This document shows positions 33,943 through 42,595 of a stretch of DNA of 64,000 bases, piece after piece (position 1 is the first letter of the stretch; every line of letters starts with the position of its first letter). The notes under the pieces are model-generated. The model saw nothing but the letters and a program-made list of their open reading frames with translations. It was not told where the DNA came from and did no database searches. Position numbers and translations under genes: made by a program. The stretch is from an uncultured Collinsella sp. (GTDB lineage: Bacteria; Actinomycetota; Coriobacteriia; Coriobacteriales; Coriobacteriaceae): NCBI GenBank assembly GCA_959596495.1, contig CAUFXK010000001.1, positions 2,672-66,671 on the forward strand, written 5' to 3'.

Positions 33943-36456
33943 GTGCACAATGAGGTGTATAGGCTGCCAGTGGCGAACTATCCCGACGAGGTTCTGAGCA
34001 ACTGCATCACCGAGATTTTCGAATACTTCTACGAAGAGGGATTTGGCGGCGTAGAGCAATCTGATTTTACGCGTTTGCAGGAGGAAGCTGGTAGGGCAGA
34101 CGAACTTGTTTTTAGTGCTGGCGAGATAGTTTACGCCATGCCCCAACTGCCCAAAGTTACATCTGTGCCGCTGAACGGTAGTGCCGTGTTGGTTGGTTTT
34201 AAGGACGCTCCCGATGGGGAGGAGGTCCTCTTTGATTTTGACCCTCGGGCTGAAAAGGCTACGAAGCTCGACTATGAACTTGCAGCCGTTAGCGGGCTCC
34301 TCACGGGTGCGTTGAATATCCTTTGGCAGAAAGACTTCAACCTAGAGGGTGCCAAAGAGTGGGGCGACGAGAAGGTTGGCAAATTCGTTCTTACGATTGC
34401 CAAGTCTGCGGGTATGACAAAGGCGGATGCAACTCTAGAAGACGCTATTCGCTTTCTAGAGAAAGAGTTTCCTCTTGCCACGGACAAGCTGACTGCCGAG
34501 TTTGGCGGCGGGCTCCAACATCATCTGCGGGATTTCTCGCACCACCCGAGCTTGGTTGGCCTTGCGTGTTCGATCCTCTCGCAATTCACCTGCAAAGGCT
34601 ATGGTACCGATACGGCCGGCCGGTTTGTCGCCTTTGACCTGCCTGCCGCCGCCTTCGATTCCGACTGCCCTCTTGTAGGCAGGAACGTTCCAGAGAAGAT
34701 CGCGTTTGGCACTCTGTTCTGGGCGATGCATCTCGTGAGCGACATGGCGGGGTCTAGTTCAAACCCCGGTAAGGGGACGGGCATTCCCGGCGTCGCGCTG
34801 TCCCTGCTAAAGGAGCTCTCCTCCCTGCCTGTTTTTCAAGACATGCAGATTGCCTATAAGGGCGAGGATATTCGCATTCAGCAATGGATCTCAAAGCTGT
34901 TTAACGGAACGGCGTTCAAAACCGAGGACGGCAAGCCCATTCGCTTCGACCTTCGGACGGAAGTCGGCCTGCTCGATCAAGCTTTAAGCCAGGTGCCAGC
35001 AGTCGTGGCCAACGAGGTTATCGTTCGTTGTCTCTACATGCTTTCAAGGCTCAAGGCCGAGCTGGAACGTTGCGAAGTGAGCAAGGTTTCCGGCTTGCAC
35101 AAGCTCAAGGCTTCGCATTTCATGCCCTATAACAGCAGGGTTCTCACTCGCATGGTCACGGTTTCGAGCACTTCGTTCGTTTTGGTGAATCTAGCGACGG
35201 CGGCGGTCAGGGCGGGTATCGAATGCGAGGGGAACAAGGTCGTGTTCGCTCAGAAGCTCTTCTTGCGAATAAACTACGTTGGAGTTGGACGCCTTGCGTT
35301 TGCCCTCCATGCCGACTGGGGCTATATGGCGGAGGAAATGTCCGAGGCTTGGACTGAGCGCGCCAGGCGCCGCCAGGATATCTTCGATGGATTTCACTTT
35401 TATAGCCTAGATAGAGAAACGACGAGGATTGCCTTCTCGCTGAAGCTTGCCGCCATCAACTACGACTGCGGGAACGAGAAGAACGAAGTGCGCAAAGGGC
35501 AAAAGAGGAGCTGGGCCCGCGCGTGGCAGGATTCGGTCGCGGATGGCCTAGGCATTGATGCAGACGGCTACTTTTTGAGCGAGGAAGATGCGTACGGAGC
35601 CCTTGAGACAGTTTCGCGGCGGCGAGGCGGTAAAGTGCGTGCCTTGCTTGTTGCACAGGAGTTGGTTGAGTTTTGCCCCTATTCGCAGTTAGGAGATGAA
35701 GAGAAGAAGGAATACAAAGGTTTGAAGGAGAGTGGATCTTGGGTTAAACACGAATTTCCCAGGAGACAAGACGCGGTTGATTTGGACGCCATACGTTCTC
35801 TCGAGAAACGTTGCGGGACACGCTTCCGCGAGCTTTCAGGTACATTGCCAAAGTTCTTGGTGGGCGGCGTCATTGTCGTGGCGGCGGCCGTAGGCGCAGG
35901 AGGGGCGGCCGCGGTACTCGCTCCGGATATTGCTGTCGGTATCTTCGGAGGCTCATTTGCCGGCCTTCACGGGGCTGCGCTTGTCAATGCGAGCCTCGCT
36001 GCAGCTGGCGGTGGGGCCTTGGCCGCCGGCGGCATGGGCATGGCCGGTGGCACTGCTTTGATTACGGGCGGCGGCGCCGCGCTTGGTCTATTGGGTTCTG
36101 GCGGCGTTGCCTTGGCGGCATCGATGGGGGAGAACTACGCGCAATTCGTGCTCGTCGAATGTTCGAGGCTCCTTGCTTTTCTTGATGTGGCAACTGACCG
36201 CTGTCCGCATGAAGGGGCCATTTTGGTGCGGAAGGCGGCCGAGGCCGTGCAGCGTAGCATCGCTGGTGTTGAAGAGGATGTCGAGAACGAGAACGGAAAG
36301 GGGGACCGCAGGGATAGCAGGTTGCTTAAGCAGTTGAAGAGGGGTCTTGGGTATTTGACTTCGACCCTTAAGCAGATCGAGAAGATGCAGAGGCGCCTTG
36401 GCACCGCCGGTGAGGGCGAGCCGCTCAACAGCTTGCCGGCATCGGGTGATGAATAG
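33943..36456 (+). CDS. Hypothetical 837-aa protein: large N-terminal region of unknown fold, Gly/Ala-rich glycine-zipper membrane segment, charged coiled-coil tail
   Basis: Long uninterrupted ORF with ordinary amino-acid composition, whereas the other frames are closed. Residues ~637-729 (nt ~35851-36129) read KFLVGGVIVVAAAVGAGGAAAVLAPDIAVGIFGGSFAGLHGAALVNASLAAAGGGALAAGGMGMAGGTALITGGGAALGLLGSGGVALAASMG. I see no Walker A, HNH or PD-(D/E)XK motif. The GTG start lacks an SD, so the start is uncertain. Confidence 0.6.
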   Translation: MHNEVYRLPVANYPDEVLSNCITEIFEYFYEEGFGGVEQSDFTRLQEEAGRADELVFSAGEIVYAMPQLPKVTSVPLNGSAVLVGFKDAPDGEEVLFDFDPRAEKATKLDYELAAVSGLLTGALNILWQKDFNLEGAKEWGDEKVGKFVLTIAKSAGMTKADATLEDAIRFLEKEFPLATDKLTAEFGGGLQHHLRDFSHHPSLVGLACSILSQFTCKGYGTDTAGRFVAFDLPAAAFDSDCPLVGRNVPEKIAFGTLFWAMHLVSDMAGSSSNPGKGTGIPGVALSLLKELSSLPVFQDMQIAYKGEDIRIQQWISKLFNGTAFKTEDGKPIRFDLRTEVGLLDQALSQVPAVVANEVIVRCLYMLSRLKAELERCEVSKVSGLHKLKASHFMPYNSRVLTRMVTVSSTSFVLVNLATAAVRAGIECEGNKVVFAQKLFLRINYVGVGRLAFALHADWGYMAEEMSEAWTERARRRQDIFDGFHFYSLDRETTRIAFSLKLAAINYDCGNEKNEVRKGQKRSWARAWQDSVADGLGIDADGYFLSEEDAYGALETVSRRRGGKVRALLVAQELVEFCPYSQLGDEEKKEYKGLKESGSWVKHEFPRRQDAVDLDAIRSLEKRCGTRFRELSGTLPKFLVGGVIVVAAAVGAGGAAAVLAPDIAVGIFGGSFAGLHGAALVNASLAAAGGGALAAGGMGMAGGTALITGGGAALGLLGSGGVALAASMGENYAQFVLVECSRLLAFLDVATDRCPHEGAILVRKAAEAVQRSIAGVEEDVENENGKGDRRDSRLLKQLKRGLGYLTSTLKQIEKMQRRLGTAGEGEPLNSLPASGDE

Positions 36457-36940
36457 GTACACTGCATATTGATGCCCCGGGAATGGCCTCTGATACAAGT
36501 CGCCGGGGCTCATTTTGTTTTTAACGCAAGATTTATGCCGGTGAGCTTGTGCTCGATGCCACTTGTCGAGGCTGAGTGCAGGTCGGCGACTTGCTCGATG
36601 TCTGATTTGCCCTTCGATCAGTTCTTGTCGAGCTCCTTTGGGCGGGAGAGGCAGCGATCTAGATATCCGCTCTTGGCATATGAGACAAGAAGCCCGTAAG
36701 ACTGTGGCAATGTCAAAAGGCATACACAAGTGTCAGTCTTTTGACATCGTATGGTTTTTGGGGGGTGGCGTGCAGCGATCGCGCGCCACCATGACGGCGT
36801 AAGTGTTTGCTTTCGTTGTAGAATCTAACGATATGAGCATCCCGGTTGCTTCAGTGCTTCGATGCTCTCGTCTTTAGCGCCCTCCGCTCAGTGGAGGACT
36901 GACTGCAAACGGCGTAAACAAGAAAAGGGAGCAAGCGTAA

Positions 36941-39064
36941 ATGAAAGCAACCGAGGCAAATCTACTCGACCTTATGGGCGTGGCGAAGATGCAGTTCGTC
37001 ATTCCCGTGTACCAGCGAGTTTACTCGTGGAGTGTAAAAGAGTGCGAGGTGCTTTGGGATGACATCATGCGAGCGGGTCGTGATGGCGTATCGCACTTCG
37101 TGGGGTCGATGCTTTATATCCCCGAGTCCGAGAGCTCTGCCACGAGCATTTCGCGCGTGCTTCTGATTGACGGGCAGCAGCGCATGACGACGTTTTCGTT
37201 GATGATCGCTGCTTTGGCTGACTATCTGGAGAGCAACCCCGACAAGGCCGGCTTCCTTGGCGATCTCAAGATCTCAGCGCTGCGGAAGAACTACCTCTTT
37301 AACGATGATGATTACAACGGGCTGGCGCGCTACAAGCTGGTGCTCTCGCAGGATGATAAAGAGACGCTGTTCTCCATCGTGTCTGAGTCTCCCATGCCAG
37401 ATGAAAAATCGGATCGCATTGTCGAAAACCATGCATTTTTCCGCGAGAAGATGCGTGGTAAATCATTTGATCCGGCAAAGCTTTGGGCGGGTCTCAACCG
37501 TGTGCAGGTCATCGACACTAAACTCACGGCAGGTGTAGACAATGCCCAGCTCATATTTGAGTCTATGAACTCCAAGGGCAAGCCCCTCATGCCCATCGAT
37601 CTCATACGCAACTATGTTCTTATGTCGCTTCCTAACGACGAACAGACCAAGCTCTACGAGGGCTACTGGCATCCCATTGAGCATCTGTTTGGAAAAGGGG
37701 GCGAGAGCGAGTTTAACGCCTTCATTTGGTACTGGCTGTGGCTCAAGGTTCCCAATAGGCAGCCAAAGGAGAATGAGGCTTATTACGAGTTCAAACGGTA
37801 TTTTACCGATGACTACGACGGAGACACCGAGAGTCTGCTCAAGGAGTTGCGCGAGTATGCGCAAAGGTATGCCAGCCTGTTCCGAGACAAAGAAAAGGAC
37901 GCTGGCCTACGTCGGGTGTTCAGCAGAATCGTAAGCCTTGATGTGAGACAGATCAGGCCTCTTTTGATGCTGCTCTACTCGGTTTACGAGAGAAATAGGC
38001 TAGACCGCAACGCGTTCCTTCGCATCTGCGAGACCATCGAGTCGTTTCTGTTTAGACGCGCGGTTTGCGGCAGGCTTACCACGGGCTTAAACAACTTTTT
38101 TGCAGGCATGTATCGCAACCTGGAGCTTCAAGCCGATATAGAGGAGTACGTTACGGCGATGCTCCTTATCCACAGCAGCGGTATGACTGCGTACTTCCCG
38201 ACAGACGAGCATTTTGTCGAGGAGTTTAAGACGCGCGACTGTTACAACCGCTTCTCCAAAAAGCGCTATTACCTGGAGCGCATGGAAAACTGGCACCGCC
38301 CAAAGGAGCCCATCTCGGCTGACGATTACCAGATCGAGCACGTCATGCCCCAGACGATCGATGATGAGCACGGCTGGAAGGAATCGCTTGGCGAGAGCTG
38401 GGAAGACATCCACGACAGGCTGTGCAACAACTTGGGAAATCTAACGCTGACGGGCTACAACCAGGAGTACTCAAACCGGTCGTTCTCGGACAAGCTCAAT
38501 CTTCCGGACGTGGGACTTAAATGCAGCCCACTCTACCTAAACAAGTCGATCGCCTCGCATGGAAAATGGGGCGAGGAGGAGATTAGGCAGCGTGCGGACG
38601 AGCTGGCGAAAGAGGCGTGTGAGATATGGAAATATCCCAGCCTTCCGGCAGATGTCGTCGACAAGTATCGCCCTTCTCGCGGGGAGTCTGACGAGGCTCT
38701 CGTCTGGACTTTGCAGGAGAATCACCCCACTTTTGCCGAAGGCGGACTCAACCAGAAGCTTTTCGATGAGGTACGCGAGTCCGTTCTGAGCGGTAACCCT
38801 TCGTGGGAGTCCTATATAGCCAAGTACTATGTAGGCTTCAGGTCGGGCAAGCGAAAACTGCATGCCGTGCTAGAAGGCAGGACCAGCAACGGTGGTTGGA
38901 TTGCCGTCGGCCTGGCAAAGAGTGTGGACGAGCTGATTGATCCGGAGGCCATGTGCCAGGACAAGCGCACGCAGGGCGGATTTGGGCCGGGTATGCCGAC
39001 CTATGTTGCACTCCGTAGCGCTGACGATATTCCCGCGGTGCTCGATCTCATAAAGCAGTGCTAG
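36941..39064 (+). CDS. GmrSD-type DUF262/DUF1524 protein (type IV modification-dependent restriction enzyme family)
   Basis: 707 aa, SD AAGGGAG. DUF262 motifs 'FVIPVYQRVYSWSVKECEVLWDD' and 'LIDGQQRMTT'. DUF1524 His-Me finger 'DYQIEHVMPQ…NNLGNLTLT'. There is an extra ~140-aa C-terminal domain. Confidence 0.8.
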   Translation: MKATEANLLDLMGVAKMQFVIPVYQRVYSWSVKECEVLWDDIMRAGRDGVSHFVGSMLYIPESESSATSISRVLLIDGQQRMTTFSLMIAALADYLESNPDKAGFLGDLKISALRKNYLFNDDDYNGLARYKLVLSQDDKETLFSIVSESPMPDEKSDRIVENHAFFREKMRGKSFDPAKLWAGLNRVQVIDTKLTAGVDNAQLIFESMNSKGKPLMPIDLIRNYVLMSLPNDEQTKLYEGYWHPIEHLFGKGGESEFNAFIWYWLWLKVPNRQPKENEAYYEFKRYFTDDYDGDTESLLKELREYAQRYASLFRDKEKDAGLRRVFSRIVSLDVRQIRPLLMLLYSVYERNRLDRNAFLRICETIESFLFRRAVCGRLTTGLNNFFAGMYRNLELQADIEEYVTAMLLIHSSGMTAYFPTDEHFVEEFKTRDCYNRFSKKRYYLERMENWHRPKEPISADDYQIEHVMPQTIDDEHGWKESLGESWEDIHDRLCNNLGNLTLTGYNQEYSNRSFSDKLNLPDVGLKCSPLYLNKSIASHGKWGEEEIRQRADELAKEACEIWKYPSLPADVVDKYRPSRGESDEALVWTLQENHPTFAEGGLNQKLFDEVRESVLSGNPSWESYIAKYYVGFRSGKRKLHAVLEGRTSNGGWIAVGLAKSVDELIDPEAMCQDKRTQGGFGPGMPTYVALRSADDIPAVLDLIKQC

Positions 39065-39067
39065 GTT

Positions 39068-39096
39068 GAAGGCCGGGGATTGGCCCCCCGGCCTTC
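39068..39096 (+). terminator. Stem-loop terminator after the GmrSD-type gene
   Basis: Perfect 11-bp stem GAAGGCCGGGG / CCCCGGCCTTC with a 7-nt loop starting 4 nt after the stop codon. There is no clear T-tract. Confidence 0.55.
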
Positions 39097-39203
39097 ATTG
39101 CCTCAGATTTGTTGGTGGCTCTTCACCGTAAAGCGCATCTGGTGGGAGAGGCTGCTCTTGGTCGGTTGGTGTCGGAATCGCGGGCAATTATTCGGCCTAA
39201 ATC

Positions 39204-39312
39204 CGGAAAAATGCAATATTGGCTGGTATAAAAGTACGGAAAAATGTCGAAATACACACTTTAAAGCTTCGAAAAAGTGTCGAAATAAGCACCAAACAAC
39301 CACGGAAAAGTG
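39204..39312 (+). promoter_or_regulatory. Four direct repeats CG[G/A]AAAA[A/G]TG phased exactly every 33 bp (iteron/operator-like) upstream of the DUF4143 ATPase
   Basis: Copies start at 39204, 39237, 39270 and 39303. The two central copies extend to GAAAAA[T/G]TGTCGAAATA. This explains the periodic 'EKC' peptide in the spurious 5' extension of ORF 39080..40675. Confidence 0.6.
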
Positions 39313-39352
39313 TATCCTAGTGCTAAAACAGCACGTAATAAGGGGTACGCTT

Positions 39353-40675
39353 ATGCTACAGAGAAAAGCGAAAGCACAGTTTGAATCTTGGCTTGCCTCG
39401 TCGCCTAACAAGGCTCTTTTGGTCAAGGGCGCCCGACAGGTAGGAAAGTCATATTTGGTCAACGTCTTTGCAAGCGAATCGTTCGAAAATGTCGTGACGT
39501 TCGACCTTATCGCCGACGCGTCCGTGCGCGATTCGTTTTTGGCGGCAAAAAGCGCGGATGACCTGCTTATGCGCATGTCTATTGCTGCAACGCAGCCGAT
39601 GGTTGCGAACAAGACCGTTGTGGTTATCGACGAGGTGCAGCGATGCCCCAACGTAGTGACGTTTATCAAATACCTGGTCCAGCGCGGCGACTTTCGATAC
39701 ATCCTTACCGGATCGCTCCTTGGCGTTGAGCTCGAGGGCATCGATTCCCTGCCGGTGGGCTATGTCGAGCAGGTCCAGATGTATCCGCTCGACTTTGAGG
39801 AGTTTTGCTGGGCAAATGGCGTTGGTGCCAGCGTGTTTGACATGCTCAGGGGCTGTCTAAAGAATGAGGGGGAGCTTCCCGGCTATCTGTATGACCGCTT
39901 GCTCGATCTGTTCCATCAGTATGTGGTGGTGGGAGGCATGCCCGACGCGGTCAATTCCTTCTTGGCGACGCGCAATGTCGACGAGGTTCGAAACATCCAC
40001 CGCGATCTTCACGCCCTGTATCGCGATGACATCGCAAAGTACGCTCCGCCCGAGCTGCGCTTGGTTATTCGCGATATCTATGATCTGATTCCCAGCGAGG
40101 CCGGTTCCAAAAACAAGCGATTCAAACTGTCATCGATTAACGGTGTCAAACGTTTTTCGCAGGTGACAGATCATTTCCTCTGGCTATCGGAGGCGGGTGT
40201 CGCGCTTCCTGTGTATAACGTAACGGCGCCCGTGGCACCCCTTTTATTGGGGGAGCAACGAAATCTGTTTAAGCTGTTTTACTTGGACACCGGAATGCTT
40301 ATGTCGTCGTATTCCAAAAGGGTCGCCCAAGGCGTTTTTGATGGGGAGGCAGAAGGCCCCTTTGGCATGAATATGGGGGCGGCATTCGAGGGCTTCGTTG
40401 CCCAAGAGCTCAAAGCCCACGGATTTAGATTGCGTTACTTTACGTCCAAAAAGGTCGGTGAGCTCGATTTTGTGGAAGAGACGCTCGATGGGGAAGTGCT
40501 CGCCATCGAGGTCAAATCGGGCAAGAGCTTTAAGTCCCACGCGGCGCTCGATAACGCACTGGCAACGAAGGGCTACGGAATCGATCGCGCTCTGGTACTT
40601 GCGGAATGTAATCTTCACCGCGATGGTGACGTGCTGTATCTGCCCATCTTTATGGCAGGGCTTTTGGAGCCGTAA
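39353..40675 (+). CDS. AAA ATPase (AAA_14) with DUF4143 C-terminal domain
   Basis: ATG 39353 (MLQRKAKAQFESWL…). Walker A 'GARQVGKS', Walker B 'VVVIDEVQ', C-terminal 'GELDFVEE…AIEVKSGK' typical of DUF4143. Confidence 0.8.
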   Translation: MLQRKAKAQFESWLASSPNKALLVKGARQVGKSYLVNVFASESFENVVTFDLIADASVRDSFLAAKSADDLLMRMSIAATQPMVANKTVVVIDEVQRCPNVVTFIKYLVQRGDFRYILTGSLLGVELEGIDSLPVGYVEQVQMYPLDFEEFCWANGVGASVFDMLRGCLKNEGELPGYLYDRLLDLFHQYVVVGGMPDAVNSFLATRNVDEVRNIHRDLHALYRDDIAKYAPPELRLVIRDIYDLIPSEAGSKNKRFKLSSINGVKRFSQVTDHFLWLSEAGVALPVYNVTAPVAPLLLGEQRNLFKLFYLDTGMLMSSYSKRVAQGVFDGEAEGPFGMNMGAAFEGFVAQELKAHGFRLRYFTSKKVGELDFVEETLDGEVLAIEVKSGKSFKSHAALDNALATKGYGIDRALVLAECNLHRDGDVLYLPIFMAGLLEP

Positions 40676-40712
40676 CGTGCCGCCGACTCTTCCGACCCTC
40701 CCTTAGCCCTCG

Positions 40713-41699
40713 CTACTCGTCGTCTCCGTCGTTGGGGTCGCCCTTGAGGGTGTTGATGTCCAGGTACTGGTTATCGTCCTCTTTTTGCTGGGTCTCCGAC
40801 TCCGCTTGGGTGGGGCCGCGGAACAGCTGGAATCCCTCAAACGCAATGGCGCCGAGCAGGGCAATGACAATGGCGATAAAGGCAACCTTGACTGCCTGCG
40901 GAAATTCCGAGAAACGCAGCGACTTTTCCTCGGCGTAATAATCGGCGAAGCGCTCTTCGCCCGTGCTTTTGGTATACGCCGGCGCGGACGCGGCCTCCGG
41001 GTCATATTCCGGTGCAGGCGTGGCGGCGTACGGATCGTTGAGATAATCGCTCGATGCGGTGCCATAATCCTCGGTCTCGATGCGACCGTTGCCAGCATAG
41101 TCATCGGAATAATCGGAATATGTCGCACCGCCCTCATAGTCCGCGGCGCTCGTGTTGGCGGCAAAAAGCGGGTTAACTGGAACGTCGAGCGCCGGCATGC
41201 CGGTAGAGGTCTCATCCAGATCGGCTGCAGCCCAGGAATCGTAGGCAACCTGACGGGCAACGGGCTCATCGAGCCTTGCGACCGGAGGCTTGCGTGCCGC
41301 AGGAACAGGCAACTGCTGGGCGCTGTACATAACAGTGCTGTCGGCCGATTTGCCCTGCGTCGCTGCAGCGAGAAATGCCGCCGTCTCGGACGGGTCGCTT
41401 GCGGGGCGGGGAGCGGGCGTGGGCGCCGAAGTGGGTGCGGGCGTAGGCGCGGGCGTCGAAACAGCCAACTGCGCAGGAGTCGGCGCAGATGCGGTCTTAG
41501 GCGCAAGTGCGGGATTGGGGTTTGACGGGCGAGCCCCACCGCCCATGAGTTCGTCGGCGGTCCACGGGCGATCATTCATCACGTCGTCAAGGCTCAGCGA
41601 AAACAGGTCGTCTTCACTCTCATCGAACATGCGGTGCACATGTCCACCAATTGCCGGAATCAATCCGCGACCGGTGCATGATGCCTTGCTCAACGCCAT
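40713..41699 (-). CDS. Pro/Ala-rich, acidic low-complexity protein with one C-terminal TM helix (hypothetical)
   Basis: ATG 41699 lies after AAGGATGG. Long disordered region (APTPAPTSAPTPAPRP…DYSDDYAG…) followed by the TM helix 'VKVAFIAIVIALLGAIAFEGF'. The competing frame (40703..41575) is Arg/Pro-rich, typical of an off-frame reading. Confidence 0.55.
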   Translation of the reverse strand: MALSKASCTGRGLIPAIGGHVHRMFDESEDDLFSLSLDDVMNDRPWTADELMGGGARPSNPNPALAPKTASAPTPAQLAVSTPAPTPAPTSAPTPAPRPASDPSETAAFLAAATQGKSADSTVMYSAQQLPVPAARKPPVARLDEPVARQVAYDSWAAADLDETSTGMPALDVPVNPLFAANTSAADYEGGATYSDYSDDYAGNGRIETEDYGTASSDYLNDPYAATPAPEYDPEAASAPAYTKSTGEERFADYYAEEKSLRFSEFPQAVKVAFIAIVIALLGAIAFEGFQLFRGPTQAESETQQKEDDNQYLDINTLKGDPNDGDDE

Positions 41700-41822
41700 T
41701 CTGTTCCATCCTTTCGAAATATTAATGACATCGATTATATGGAACTTCCCAAGCGGCTCGGCCTTGGATTCGTGCTTTCCAGAACTCGCGCCCAAAAGGG
41801 GAGGGGCAATCCGGACGAGTGT

Positions 41823-42476
41823 CTACTTGTCGCCGGCCGCCGCCTTGGCCTCATTGAGGTAGCTATAGAAGCTGTATTTGGAGATGCCAAAGAACTCGCA
41901 GGCGCGCTCGCTCGACTTGGAAATGAGGAAGGCACCGCGACGGTCGAGGTAGCCAATGGCACGAATGCGCTCGTCTTTGGTCATGAGTGCCGCGGGCTTG
42001 CCCACAAACTGCTCGCACTCGTGCAGCAGGTCCTCGAGCAGATCGCCGATGTTCTTGGTAATGGGCTCGGGCTCGGTATAGCCCGTGCCGCCGGTGCCGG
42101 TAAAGGCATCGAGCGAGCGCTCAAAAGCCTTCATGAGCGTAATGTCAAAGTTGATGCCCAAAATGCCGACGGGCTTGCCCTCGTCGTTGCGGATAAAGAT
42201 CGTCGACGATTTGAGCAGCTTACCGTCGGTGGTTTTAGTGAGGTACGGCTCGCGGTCGTGTACATCGGTGGCGCCCTCGTGCATGGACTCAAACACGATA
42301 TGGCTGGGGCCGTCACCCAGTTTGCGCCCGCTGACGTGGCTGTTTTCGATCACTACGATGGAGTGGTCTACGTCCTCGGTCTCCAGATCGTGGACGACGA
42401 CTTCGCAGTTGGGGCCAAATTGGAGCGCCAGGCCGTGTGCGAGGCGCTTGTAAAACTCAATCTGTGCGGGGGTCAT
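41823..42476 (-). CDS. YheO-like PAS-domain / HTH transcriptional regulator (copy 2)
   Basis: ATG 42476 (MTPAQIEFYKRL…). 'EVVVHDLETEDVDHSIVVIENSHVSGRKLGDGP' and C-terminal HTH 'FFGISKYSFYSYL'. It is a clear paralogue of 12536..13243 and is divergent from dpaL. Confidence 0.7.
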   Translation of the reverse strand: MTPAQIEFYKRLAHGLALQFGPNCEVVVHDLETEDVDHSIVVIENSHVSGRKLGDGPSHIVFESMHEGATDVHDREPYLTKTTDGKLLKSSTIFIRNDEGKPVGILGINFDITLMKAFERSLDAFTGTGGTGYTEPEPITKNIGDLLEDLLHECEQFVGKPAALMTKDERIRAIGYLDRRGAFLISKSSERACEFFGISKYSFYSYLNEAKAAAGDK

Positions 42477-42595
42477 GGGTACCTTCCTAAAAATTAGTTT
42501 GGGCACACTTTGCCATAAACCACATCTGTTCGCAAACAAATCCATCAACAAGGCAATTCATGACCGTTCGGCGGCGAAAAAGTACCGATTACGGC

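Noticed and set aside
33848-33990. 45-codon ORF (ATG 33860, MASIIEERLANMIRWTDRQ…) as a separate small gene or the true N-terminus of the 837-aa protein
   Set aside because: It cannot be decided from sequence alone. It has a weak SD and would need a frameshift to join the long ORF. It is recorded only as start-site uncertainty.
39080-39352. N-terminal 91-aa extension of the DUF4143 ATPase ORF with a periodic 'EKC' motif
   Set aside because: It is the translation of the 33-bp direct repeats. The canonical ATPase N-terminus (MLQRKAKAQFESWL) with its own SD begins at 39353.
40703-41575. Alternative 290-aa minus-strand frame over the Pro-rich gene
   Set aside because: It has Arg/Pro/Ser-rich off-frame composition, whereas the chosen frame has an SD-preceded ATG and a clean TM helix.
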